The notes below the pieces were generated by a model. It saw nothing but the letters and a program-made list of their open reading frames with translations, did not search any database and was not told the origin of the DNA. A stretch of DNA of 64,000 nt from Lama guanicoe. Lineage: Eukaryota. The stretch covers positions 3,337,902 through 3,401,901 of the forward strand of contig MU053652.1 of NCBI GenBank assembly GCA_013239625.1, written 5' to 3'. Shown here one piece after another: positions 26,163 through 37,842 of the stretch. How positions within the stretch are numbered: the stretch's first letter is position 1; every line of letters begins with the position of its first letter. The translations under genes and the position numbers were made by a program.

Positions 26163-28043
26163 GCCCACCTCTTCTATCTCAAGCACCCCTCTGATCACAA
26201 AGTGGGGGTCGAGGTGAGGGGAGTGGAAAGTACTTCTCTTCCTCAAAAATCACCAGTGCCTCTGGCCAAAGTGAAAAGACCACACCAAGGTTTTTCACAC
26301 TTTCTCTCAGCATGGTACTAACTAACACACCCTCCTTTTCCTCTCCTTCTCATGTCCATTAAGTCCACTGACATTTACTAAGCCCCACCTAAGTGGCAGT
26401 TCCTACAGTAGGTGCTGGGGTATAAAGATACATAAGGCAAACGATCCTGTACCTTGAGGGGCTTGGGGGAGGGGGCTCTAAGACAAAGTCCAGCATAATA
26501 GTCAGGCCTCTCTCTGGAAAGGCTCTTCCTGCCAATAGAGTGATTCACTCAGCTCACAGTTGTTGAGGGCCCACTGTGCAGGAGACACTGTGCCCAATAC
26601 TGGGGTGAGAAGACCCAAAGGACAGGGAGGAATCAGGCCTGAGCGTCAATAACCAAAACAGAAGACCGGAGGCCAACAACCTGAGTGGTGCAAAGCCCAT
26701 CCCTCCTGTTAGCACCTCTGAGCTTCCCTCTTCCTGGGCACCTCCCCCCATCATCACCACAAATCAACTCAACACAGCAACCTCCTCCCAGCCCCAGCTC
26801 CCTTGAAGCCAAAATGTGACCTCAAGAATGACGAGCCTAGCCTGATGCATTGCAGACAGCGAACTGGTGAAAATCCTGCCTGGCTGGGTTAGGGCCCAGA
26901 GGTCAAGACATTTTACTAACAGGGAGTGAAAAGACAGCCCACCTTCGCCCCAGGGAATCCAGGGCTGGGGACGACAGGAGGCACAACTCCAGAGGAGCCA
27001 GAGGGGAGTTCACAGGTACCTCTGGTGCCATTCCTGATGTACAGAAAATTCTTAGAGACCTCTTCATATCTGTGTGCCCAGTGCAGCGAGGTCTCCAGGG
27101 TGGTGCAGAAGCAGGGAAATGCAAACTTCAAAATGCAGGCATGGGCGAAAAATGAGACTTGAGCACTCTTTCTTTTGATGTGGTGGCCACTCTTGCCTGT
27201 GGGAGTTCCCCCCTTTTGTCTGTGGGGGATTTAATTAGAGAAAGAGCCGACCCCCACATGTTGAGCAGGAAACAGATGTGCCTGATTGCCTGATGAGGAG
27301 GAATGGTCTTTGAACCGACCTCAGTGCCCCAGCCCGTGCTTGCGTGGGAAGGAATGCACCTAATGCGTTTATCCCATGGCATGCGGTGTCAAGTGTGTGC
27401 ACTCCGGGGACTGTGTGTTCCCACACTCAGCGCCCTTACAGGGGATTAGCTGCAGCTCAACGTGGTTGGGAGGCAATCTCTGTGGACACAGATCTACAGG
27501 TGTACAACGGCATCTGCACAGGGAGCAGCCAGAGGGGTCTAACCCAGTGACGCCCAAAAGAATCCCTTTAGGAAGGAGGTTCCTTGGGGTATCCTTGAAG
27601 ACAACAATTAAAATAGAATTTCATGACGTTCAGAAAAGGCGCTGTAAGGTGCAGCACAAGTGATGGGGGGAGAACGGGGCGCCAGGCAAGAAGTCTCCCT
27701 TTGCCCTACCCAAGGGCAGGTCTGCACCCACTTCTCCCAGAGCCGTTTCTCTGGAAGAATCCTGCCTCGGAGACGCATGCAGTTCCGAGAGCTCTGAGGT
27801 GCACATGGTGGGAGAGAAACCGCAGCAAGTCTTCTCTCACCTCTTCCCGCTTCTTTGGGATGAAGGAATTCCCCGCCATTGGATGGCTGAGACACAGCAG
27901 GGATGGAGGGAGCAGTCAGAAAAGCACAGGAGAGCTGTCCCACTATGGGGCCTAGAAAAGACCTAAACTGTTGCCTCCTGTCTCCCTTCTCCCCTGTCTC
28001 CTCCTTTGCCATGAACTGCAAATCCTTCCATAAGAGGACTCCA

Positions 28044-28293
28044 CAAGTAACCTAAAAAATACAACAAACTAGCGAATACACCAGAAATGATGCAGACTCA
28101 CAGATACAGAGAACAAACCAGTGGTTACCAGTGAGGTACTGGGGAGGGGCACGACACAGGGGTGGGAGGTACAGACCACTGGGAGTAAGACAGGCTCAAG
28201 GATGTGTACACGGGCTATATAGCAAATATTCCGTAATAACTGTAAATGGAAAGTAAACTTTAAAAACTGTACAAACATTCCTTAAATAAATAA
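28044..28293 (+). mobile_element. 5'-truncated L1 3' end in a CPA5 intron
   Basis: CAGATACAGAGAACAAACCAGTGGTTACCAGTG L1 3'UTR motif, (TAAA)n tail, flanking direct repeat ATAAGAGGACTCCA (28030-28043 and 28294-28307). Confidence 0.85.
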
Positions 28294-28540
28294 ATAAGAG
28301 GACTCCATAAGCCACCCTGCTATTACCACACAATGAGTTACGAATTCTGCATTAGATTTAAATTTTCTTTGAGAAGTGTGAGGTCTCATTCCTTCCATGG
28401 TAGGTTCACAAAAATGCAGGTGGGACTCCGGAAAGAAAATGTCCATTTTAGCCCTGGGTGTTTTTCCTCCATGTTGGGCCCCAACCAGAAAGGGATCTGG
28501 GAGGTGAGACTCCAGCAGCAGGGCAGGGGCGGGACCTCAC

Positions 28541-28675
28541 CTGGATGTCCTTTATCATGATGCTGTAAGCAAGGCCATGAGACTCCAGGTAAGCTTTGAT
28601 GTCTTTCAGTTCAGAAAAAGGAACCCTCATATCCACAGGGAGGCTGGGCCTGGCTGGGCCACGCCAGAAGTCTAC
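28541..28675 (-). CDS. CPA5: CPA5 coding exon 3 ([45 protein letters not shown])
   Basis: 135 nt; TCTAG|GTA ... CAG|GTGAGG. Confidence 0.95.
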
Positions 28676-29632
28676 CTAGATAACAAAGGAGAGAAAAGCG
28701 GGCCTGTGTTTACCACACAGTCCTGCAGGCAGCCTGGAGAGCCAGACGGTCTTCTGCCCAAGCCACTGAGTTCCCTTCCCTAATGTCACGCACCTTCCTC
28801 TCCCAGCCTCACTCATACAATGCAACCTCACCCGGATCCAAAGAATCCGAAACAGTTTCTAAAGGTGAGAAGGCTCCTCATCTGGGACATTCACATGGAC
28901 AAGAACCCTGGTCAGAAGCGGGAGACGTCACTGTCCCCAAACCCCAAAGAAGAAGGAGAGGCCTGATCTGCATTCTCATACCATCCAAATGCCATAGCGA
29001 TTTTTCAGTTTGTAAAATGGAGAAAATTAGGATCAAGTGTTCTGAGTCCTGGTTGATAGGGGCCCTCAAACAAATAGGAACATGGGCTTCGGGCCACATC
29101 CAGAAATATCTGGTTGTTTCAATAGCCCTCAAACAAAACTCTTCTATTATAATAGTTGAAGAAAACATTTTCCATTGTGGGATACTTGCAGAGGACATTC
29201 TCAGAAACTAATGCTCATGCTGACAGGGACGAACCCAAATAAAACACAGGTTTGCCAAGCTAAGCCATTTCAATTGGGAAACAGATGTGTCCCGGCTGCA
29301 TGGCACCCCACTCAGAGACACATGTACCTCCCGTGTGGCTTCAGGACATTCCAGTCGTTTTCAGAGCAGCGCCCTGCCCCCCAACAGGACCTGCTCAACA
29401 GCCATCCATCCAGGACAGACAGGAAAGCCAAGAAGGGCCACCCAACCTTTCAGGCGAATGTTCCCAACCTTTCCTGAAGAGGAGCCAAGTTTGATTTTTC
29501 CACAATGTTGTGATCTTTGGCAGAGATACCCAGAGGGCAGGTTTGGGGTGGGGGGAGCAGGACAGGGAGCTGAAGGTTCAGGCAGCTGTGAGGGAGAGGG
29601 GAACGTGTCCCCTGGCCCTGAGGAGTCCTCAC

Positions 29633-29714
29633 CTTCTGGGGCTTCAGGCCCTCCAGATCCCTGAGAAGTGAAAGCTGCTTCTCATTTTTAGCCAAGACTC
29701 GAAGAACCTGGTCT
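29633..29714 (-). CDS. CPA5: CPA5 coding exon 2 ([27 protein letters not shown])
   Basis: 82 nt; TTCCAG|A ... AAG|GTGAGG. Confidence 0.95.
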
Positions 29715-30891
29715 CTGGAAAGACACAGAGGGGAGGAGGGAGCTGCTCAGAGGGGTTCCTGGAAGACTGTACTGCTTGGAGGAGGCAGAGTGGAAAAGAG
29801 GCCAGACTGAGGGGCCTGGCAAGATGACTGGGAGGCTAGAGGACCCCTAAGCAGAAGGACTTGTAGCTCTGGGAAGTTGGAAAGTCCTTCAGCCTGGGGC
29901 CAGCGGTCTCTCCAGCCCCAAAGACAGACCACCCAGGGGACTAAATAAAGCCTGTCAGTGCTGCTGCTGAACCCAATGTCAAGACAAGGGGAAAAGGATG
30001 GAAAAGGAATGTGGGGGATGGAGGGGGAAGGGAGACCAAAAGGAATGAAGGTGAGAAAGGAACAGACATAGGGAGCCGTGGGCACCAAAGGTAACCCCAC
30101 GTGCTCTTCATACAAGGGCCCAAGGCCATGTCTGCCCCAACTCCATGCCCTCTCCTGCCTTCTCCTCAAAGCTCAAGGGCAGGGAAGGGGATCAGTCTTA
30201 CCCTACCTTATGGGGGGAAGCTGAGCTCCTTCCTTTCCTGCTGGAGGGGGTGGGAAGTGGTATAACTGAGCAGCTTGCAGTGTGACCTCTAGGGTCTGAG
30301 CCTGAGATGGTGATGGTTCCCTCCCTGACCTTCTCTGATACCTTGGACAATGAACCCCGTCTCTAAGCTTGTGTCTCCTCTTCTCTATTATGGAGATACT
30401 ATGGAGTGGTTGCCTTGAGGGAGCTTTGGGAGGCTGAGAAATCCTGTCCATAGAGGGATTGGGGTATAATACTCATGTTTACTATTACTTAAAGAACAAT
30501 GGCACACCCATATTTTAGGAGTACATAGTCTTTGGGGGGTTATAACTTTTTTAAGAATTGGAGGAAAGTTATGAACAATTCCTCCAGAAAAAAAGTAGAT
30601 ACACAAAAAATTTTACATATGAGTTCACAGGATTCTTGAAGCCCTGAAAGCTTACCCGTGGACTCCAGACTCAGAACTCTAGATTTGGGGAGAACAATAA
30701 CACAGCTGCATGTCCTGCTCTTGAACACAAAAGTGGGAGATTACAGAGTTGGAAGTGGGCTCAGGATGGGAATTGAAATCCTGATTGCCTCCACCTTGAT
30801 CAGGTCCCAGCAGGACAGCCACCTTCCTGTTGGGCCACGCGGTCACCTGGCTCCCGGCAATCCTCCTTCCCACAGTGGAACAGCCACTCAC

Positions 30892-31007
30892 CCTGTGAAA
30901 TTCATTTGGCCCAAAGCTGCTGCCAGGATAAAGCTGCAGACTAGGAGTGTCCGTGGGTCCAAAGGGGACAGACCGGGGCCCATGCCTCCTCTGGGGAAGC
31001 CCTGCAT
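30892..31007 (-). CDS. CPA5: CPA5 coding exon 1 ([39 protein letters not shown])
   Basis: 116 nt; long N-terminus followed by a hydrophobic signal core; donor GG|GTGAGT. Confidence 0.9.
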
Positions 31008-31464
31008 GCTTCTTCCTTCTTCCTCCAGGTGAGCCTCAGGGGTCTTCCTCGTACATGGCATGGCCAGGCTTCAGGACAGCACAGCACCTAAAGGCCAGCA
31101 AGCCCGGCCTGAGAATCTGCATTAGGTTCTCTCTGGGGAGACCCAGCACGTGACTCCTACACCCCGGGCCTGGGAGAGCTGGGGCACCCCTCCCCACTTC
31201 TAGGCAAGGTCTCTCCTGGAAGGGGAGAGGGAGGAGGGAAAGAGGCAGGCAAGGCCCTTAGCCACTTTCCTCCCTGACGGTTTGCTGGGCCAGCCTCTCA
31301 GGAACATTGAGTCCTCCATTTCCGGAGAAAGATGAGAAAAGCCAGAGGCCCAGGGAAACCACTCCTTTCCGCCTTCTAATTATTTTCTTTTGCTCGCCTT
31401 CTCCCTTCCCATCCACTCACGCGTATCCTCCTTACACATAAGGGTGTGGATGCCATTGAAAGAA

Positions 31465-31665
31465 TGCCGGGCTTAGAGACAGAGAGCTGGGTGCTCACAT
31501 CCTGTCTAAAAGATCTTGGGCAATTGACCTAATCTGTCTAAATCTCAATTTGCTCATCAGTCAAATGGAGTTAATAGCACCTCCCCTCCCTACCTCACAG
31601 GGTTTTGGGGGAGTATTAGATGAGACAACTTGGGTGAACTGGCTTGGCAAAGCCTGCAAAGTAGA
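31465..31665 (+). mobile_element. MIR SINE upstream of the CPA5 ATG exon
   Basis: TCTCAATTTGCTCATCAGTCAAATGGAGTTAATAGCACCTCCCCTCCCTACCTCACAGGGTT core. Confidence 0.65.
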
Positions 31666-32690
31666 ATGTATTATTATCTCAAAGCGTTAGCTCTTAGTCA
31701 CAGCTGCATCTTAGGTCAGGACTCCAGTTGCAGTGGGGAGAAAGCGAGAGAAGAGAATGGAGGGAGAACAAAGGAAATGTCTATTCTCTGAGAAGGAATT
31801 CAGTGAAGATTCCCTTTTCTCTATCTTCAGGTGGTCACCATTATGCCGGGATAGGTAGTGTGTTTTCTGCTAGACATAAAGGTCACTGCAGTCATAATTA
31901 TAGTTCTCAACAGAGAGCAGAGTCAATTTCTCAGTGCTGCTGAACCCCCACACGGCCCCCTTTATGGTCTGGGAACAGTAGGAATAAAGCAGAGGCCAGC
32001 ACACAAAGCAGTCATATTAGGAGGAGAAAGTGAAAGATGATGCCTGAATGGTAAATGATGAATCTAACAGAAAATCCGCAGGAGGTGGGGGAAAGGCAGA
32101 GACTAAATCCAACAAAGTTGTTCAGCAGAGGACATCAACAAAAGGCCACTTAACTGTCACCGGCGATTCTCAGAAGCCCCCCTCCCTATCCATGCTTTCC
32201 CAGAATGGCCAATTAATTGGCCATGTGTGCAGAGAGGGGAGCTCTTTTATGAACAGAATGCCTTGCTCCCACACCCCGCCGGACCTACTCCATTATCTCG
32301 TAGTTCAGCTGTTCAGACATGCCAAACTCTCCTAGAACCCCGGCTTTGGGAACTCTCAGACAGAAACATTAGCAAAGGGTTTAAGGACCTAGAAAAGAAA
32401 GCAATTAGGCTTTCTTCCCAAGTAACATTCAGCTTCGGTAGAAATTGGAATAAAAGAATGTACTAGTAAACAATAGCTCAGGAATTTAAAGGAATAAAAA
32501 AGTGGGATGGTGCTAGTCACCCAAAGTACCCAGCATCTTCTTGTTCAAAAGCATCATTTTAGGTCACTAATAATAAGACAAATATCCCTGTACTTGTATA
32601 GGTGTGGGGGGAGAGAGAGAGAAAAAGATTGGGCAGGAGCGAAAGAGAGAGAGACAGTGGAGCAGTTGAGAATTCTTGGGAATTCCATGG

Positions 32691-32858
32691 CAGCACTTCC
32701 AACAGAACTTTCTGTGATAATGGAAATGTTCTATGTCTGCACCATCCAATAGGATAGCCACCAGTAGCTAGTGTGACTGAGGAGTTTTTAATTTTAGCTA
32801 ATTTAAATAATTTAAATGGCTACATGTGGCTAATGGCTGCCGTATCAGACAGTATAGT
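32691..32858 (+). mobile_element. MER3/MER33-like hAT-Charlie element
   Basis: CCAACAGAACTTTCTGTGATAATGGAAATGTTCTATGTCTGCAC...GCTACATGTGGCTAATGGCTGCCGTAT. Confidence 0.7.
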
Positions 32859-34218
32859 TCTATGAGAATTCACCAGCCCTGAGCACTGCCTCCAAGGCTG
32901 AATCTGAAGCAGAGGGACACAGCTGCATTTGACTTAATACCTAATATTGGCTTCTCACTCAAAACTAATGACTCATTAATTAATTTTTATTTTAGACATT
33001 ATCTTTTACGTGAAATAATGTCTAATTGAGTAGACTTTATTATGTGCCAAGCACTTGCTAAGGTGTGGGAATAAAACAGAGAGCAATATGGACCTGGCCC
33101 TTAGATTTCTAATGGAGTAAGTAGAAAATTAATTTGAAGAGCGTACTTAAAATGTAAAAATATAGCTGGTGTATGTGCTACAAAGGGAGCAAGGGAACAC
33201 ACAACGTGCCATGAGGACAGGTGACAAGGACAGTTACCTAAAAAGTTGTGTAGAGAACTTTCATCTCCTGCAGGTGAGTGTATAGATACCCAACCAAACC
33301 TGCCCACATGAAACAACTAAAATGCTAGATAAAATATTAATAACAACTTTTTAAATGCCTCACCGGGTTGGCATGAATGTAAGAATCTACAGAGCCAAAA
33401 GAAGTAAAAGCAAGACACCTGAGAGGTAAGCAAATTTTCCCCCGAAGAACAGTAGGGATCTCTGAGCCCTAGAGTTCCTGACCTTCCTCCTAGAAGAATA
33501 TACCTTGTATCTGGGATCATTTTCCTCCCGCTTGAGGTATATATTGAAATTTTTTCCTGTAGTGAAGCTCTCAGTTTTCATTTGTTTGAAAATTCTTTAC
33601 TGACTTTCATCCTTGAAAGAGTTTTACTGGGAATAAATTCTAGGCTGATTTTTTTTTTCCTCTCACCACATTGAAAACATTATCGCACAGTCTTCTGGCT
33701 TCCATTTTTGCTGTTAAAAGGTAATGAATTAGTCTATTTACTGTTCTTTTGTATGGGATCTTTCCTTATCCTTGGTTGCTTTGAAGATCTCTTTGTCTCT
33801 GATGTTCTGTGGTTTTACCTTCATGTATTCTTCAGATACATTGCAGTGTGCCTGGATACACATTTCTTTGGTTTACCCTGCTTAAGATTCATTTGGATTC
33901 CTGTATCTGTGGATAGTTCTCTTTTCACTATTTTCACAAATTTCTCTCCAGTCATTATATCTTTTAACATTGGCTTTCTTCCAATCTCTTTATTACTTTT
34001 TGGAACTTTTAATTAGGTATATGTTAGGTGCTCTCATTTTATCCTCCAAGACTCTTAGTCATTCTATTATATTACTAGTTCATTCTCTCTCTGAGCTATA
34101 TTCTGGATAATTTATTTGTATCAAATATTTGTTTCTTTATTCCTCTTAACTGATTCTCTCATCAGCTGAGATTAATCTGTAATTTAATCGTTTTGTTAAA
34201 TTTTAAGTTTCAACTTCT

Positions 34219-34548
34219 ACAGTTCATCAATTCTGAAACAACTTTTTTCTCAGATTTTAACACTCCTGAAATCCAGAGGCATCTTATAATCAGAGGCATC
34301 CTGAATGGTAATTGGCCCTGGTTTTTGTTGTTGTTGTTGTCTGGGGGGAGAGGAGGTAATTAGGTTTATTTATTTATGTATTTATTTTTTAATGGAGGTA
34401 CTAAGAATTGAACCCAGGACCTTGTGCATGCTAAGCATGTGCTCTACCACTTGAGCTATACCCTCCCTACCTTGGTAGTGTTTTTGATGACACATAAAAT
34501 TATGGTGCATTTTACAATCAACCCTGTTTTATAGTCAACACATTATGG
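34219..34548. mobile_element. MER104-like TcMar DNA transposon split by the SINE
   Basis: TTCATCAATTCTGAA...TTTTAACACTCCTGAAATCCAGAGGCATCTTATAATC left of the SINE; AAAATTATGGTGCATTTTACAATC right of it. Confidence 0.55.
34322..34467 (-). mobile_element. tRNA-derived SINE, camelid Vic-1-like
   Basis: - strand GGGAGGGTATAGCTCAAGTGGTAGAGCACATGCTTAGCATGCACAAGGTCCTGGGTTCAATTCTTAGTACCTCCA with Pol III A/B boxes, then (TAAA)n, CCTAATTACCTCC and an A/CAA-rich tail. Confidence 0.85.
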
Positions 34549-35319
34549 CATCTATTTTTCATTTTTGGAAGTTCTATATGATTCTTTTTGAGCCCAAATG
34601 ACTTGAATTCCTCATTTATTTTAGAATTTCTTGCTTATTTCTTTAAACTTATAAAGCTTAGTACTTTTATATTCTGTGTCAGATAGCTACAATATCTGAA
34701 GGCTTTGAAAAATCTATTTCTGCTGCATATTATTTCTGCTGGTTCCCATTCATAGTGCATTGTTTTCTTGTACCATTTATCTGTGAGCCAGTCATTTTCT
34801 TTGGGCCTTTATCTGTGGAATTCCTTTGAGGCCCAGATTGAAGCTGAATTCCTCCAGAGAGGATTTGCATTTACTTTTATGAGTTGCTTGGGGGAGGGGC
34901 ACTACCAACCTGAGACCACTTTAAATTAAATTATTTGCTTGAGTTACTTTGGACTACACGGTTAGCATAAATTTAGACCACAGACTCATACAGGGACTTA
35001 CTTGTGGTTAAGAATTCTCAGGAGATACTTTTCTCTGGGTCACTTAACACCGAGACTTTAAATCCTGCACAATAATAGATTATTTGCAAGCAGGTAATCA
35101 GAGTTAGTGTTTTAGGGTCCTAGAATTGTTCGAAGAAGGGGTACATAGTGATAATTTTCTAGACTTGGGTCAAGTATGCATGTTCAAATTGCTAGAGTAA
35201 TAACTTCCAAACAGGTAGAAAGGGTAAAAATGAAATGAAAAATGACGGGAGGGGATAAATCAAAAGACAAAGGTAAAAAAGGGGGTGCTTAAAAGTAGGA
35301 CAAATGGAAAGAAAATAAA

Positions 35320-37290
35320 AAGAAGAAATTTACCTAAATATATTTTCAGTCATGCTAAATGTAAATGGTTTTAACTCTCTAGTACAAGACAAAAATTACC
35401 AGAATATTCTTTTTAAACCTAGCTGTATGTATTCACAAGAACTATGCTTAAAGCATAAGAACAAAAAATCCCCAAAAGTCAAAAGTGGAAAAAAGATATG
35501 ACAGGTAAATATTAACCAAAAGGAAGCATCTCTAGCTTTATTAATAAAAGATAAAATAAACTTTAAGGCAAAAGGCATTATCAGAAATAAGAGGGTCACT
35601 ACATAATAATACTACTTTTAATTTCCCAAGAATATTTAACATATAAAAATATTCAGGAATAATTTTAACAAGTAATGTGAAATCCTTCCTGGAGCTAATT
35701 TTGAACTATTGAAAAATGCTAAAATTTTAAATAAATATGAAGATACACTTTATTCTCAGATAAGAAAATTTAATGTCATAAAATTATCCTTTCTCCCCAA
35801 ATAGATTTAAAGATTCACTATAATTCTAATCAAAAATTCCAATAGTCCACAAAACTTCATAGCTGATTTACATGTATAATGAAAAAACAAAGATCCTAAG
35901 ACAAGTTAAGACAATCCTGGAGAAGAACAAATTAGGAGAATTTTCTATATTGGACACTGAAACATATTATAAGGCTGTGGTAACTGAGACAGTGTAGTTT
36001 TGGCACAAATAAAACATAGCACAAAAACAAGCCCAAGTATATTTGGAAACTTCATTTTTTTATGGACTTGGCACAGCAGATCATTGTGGAACAGAGACTA
36101 TTTAATAAATGTTACTGAGACAACTGTAGATTCATATGAGAAAAATGGAATTAAATCTCAGTCATACCACATACACAAATCAATTCCAGGTAGAGTAAAA
36201 TATTTAAGTGTAAAAGGTAAAACTATAACACACTTAGAAGACAACATAGAGAATATTGCTATGACATTGGAATAGGTACTAATTTTCCTAAATAAGACAT
36301 GAAAGGCAAAAAATAAAAAACCCTATACAGTTTCCCATAAAGGAAAAGATAGACAAAATCAACCACATTATAATTAAGAACTTCTCAACAGAGAGTAGAA
36401 AGCAAGCCTCAACATGAGAGGACATATTTGTAACACGTAAAACCGAAAACAATATCCATGCTATGTAAAGAACATCTGTGAGTCATTTCTTTTAATGGGC
36501 AAAGAACATGAAAAGCCATTTCACAGAAGAGGACACACAAATGATCTGTAAACATATGAAAATTATAATTAGTAATCGGGGAAAAGAAAATTAAAACCAC
36601 AATGAAATTACCAGTTCACACCAACAAATTGTCAAGAGTTAAATGTCAGTCAATGCCAAGAGTTGGCAAGGATGCAGCCCAGAGAGGGAGTGGGAATAGC
36701 TCCTCTCACCCACTCCTAGTAGAGCTTTAAATTGATGAAATCACTTCAGAAAACAGTGTTACCTAGTGAAGTTGAAATGTACTGCACATCCTATGGCCTA
36801 ACAATTCCACTGCCAGCTATATGCCCTGAAGAAACTCTTGTGCATGCGCAGCAAGACATATGTCGAAGACTGGATTTATAAAATGGAGATGTACTCGTAG
36901 TCATATAGAATACAACAGAGCAGAGAAAATGACCAACTACAGCTACATGCATTCAGTAGTCTAACCTCAAAACCATGATGTCGAGGGAAAGAGCACGCAC
37001 TGTATGTTTCCATTTATAAACATTCACAAACAGGTAAGACTGAACACTATATTGTTTAGGAATATGTGCATAGCTGATAATTATAAGGGAAATTATTAGC
37101 ATGGATTCATGGTTTCATCTGGGGAAGGGAAGGGAGTGCCATGAGAGGCACCTGCAGGCTTCTAAGGTGTGCCATGTTCTTGTTCTTAAGCTGAATGGTG
37201 AGTAAAAGTTAATTTCATGTTTAACAGGCTTTGGAATTTTTATACAGGCTCTTGTAAGTATGATATACTTCACAATAAAATGTATTTTAG
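35320..37290 (+). mobile_element. Old degraded L1M ORF2/3'UTR fragment
   Basis: A-rich sense L1 texture (TAAATGTAAATGGTTTTAACTCT, AAACATATGAAAA...AAAATTAAAACCACAATGA) ending in CACAATAAAA; many stops and indels. Confidence 0.7.
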
Positions 37291-37580
37291 AGGAAATATG
37301 TGAAAGCTAAATTCTTATTCTTCATAGTCAGAAATCAATAGAAAATGCCTAAAACTGAAAAAAGCAAGAAGTAGCAATATAAACACCAAATTTAGGTTAA
37401 TGTATGTGAATATCAAGGCTAAAAGAATTTAATATGGTTGTTACTGGAGAGCAAGACTTGGGAAGAAGGAATGGGGAGCAGGACTCGGCTGCTTTTTATA
37501 AGTCTCGTAGAACTACTGACTCCTTAAATAATGTGCCATATAACTTATTTCAAAAAAAGGGAGGTTTAAAAAGTGGCATT

Positions 37581-37842
37581 CAATACCTAGAATAGTTAAA
37601 TGCATAGAGACAGAAAGTAGAGTGGTGGTTGCCAGGAGCTGGTGGGGGAGGGGGCTGGGGTGGTTAGTGTTTAATCGGTACAGAGTTTCAGTCTGGGAAG
37701 ATGAAAAGCTCTGGAGGTAGATGGTGCTGATGGTTGTACAACAACATGAATGTATTCAATGTTACTAAACTGTACACTTAAAAATAATTAAAGTGGTAAA
37801 TCTTATGTATATTTTACCACACACAAAAATTAAAGCTCAAAA
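37581..37842 (+). mobile_element. L1MB-like 3' end with retained target-site duplication
   Basis: ATAGAGACAGAAAGTAGAGTGGTGGTTGCCAGG...AACTGTACACTTAAAA; flanks AAAAAGTGGCATT (37568-37580) and AAACAGTGGCATT (37843-37855). Confidence 0.8.

Larger units (their letters stand above)
11952..31007 (-). other. CPA5: Carboxypeptidase A5 gene, complete coding span (11 coding exons, 436 aa)
   Basis: Exon lengths 116+82+135+99+102+102+111+91+200+85+188 = 1311 nt, open frame from MQGFPRGG to [10 protein letters not shown]69, E72, R127, N144, R145, H196, Y248 and E270 (bovine CPA numbering) are present. Confidence 0.96.
33520..35050 (-). mobile_element. Old L1M fragment (interrupted by MER104-like element and SINE)
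   Basis: T-rich antisense L1 texture, e.g. CCTTGAAAGAGTTTTACTGGGAATAAATTCTAGGCTG and GTCTTCTGGCTTCCATT. Confidence 0.6.

Noticed and set aside
25702..26217. 171-aa Pro/Ser-rich + strand ORF
   Set aside because: Lies within a C-rich L2 relic where stop codons are depleted by composition.
34395..34467. Apparent tRNA gene
   Set aside because: It is the head of a SINE: followed by a (TAAA)n and a SINE-specific tail, with an imperfect B box and acceptor stem.
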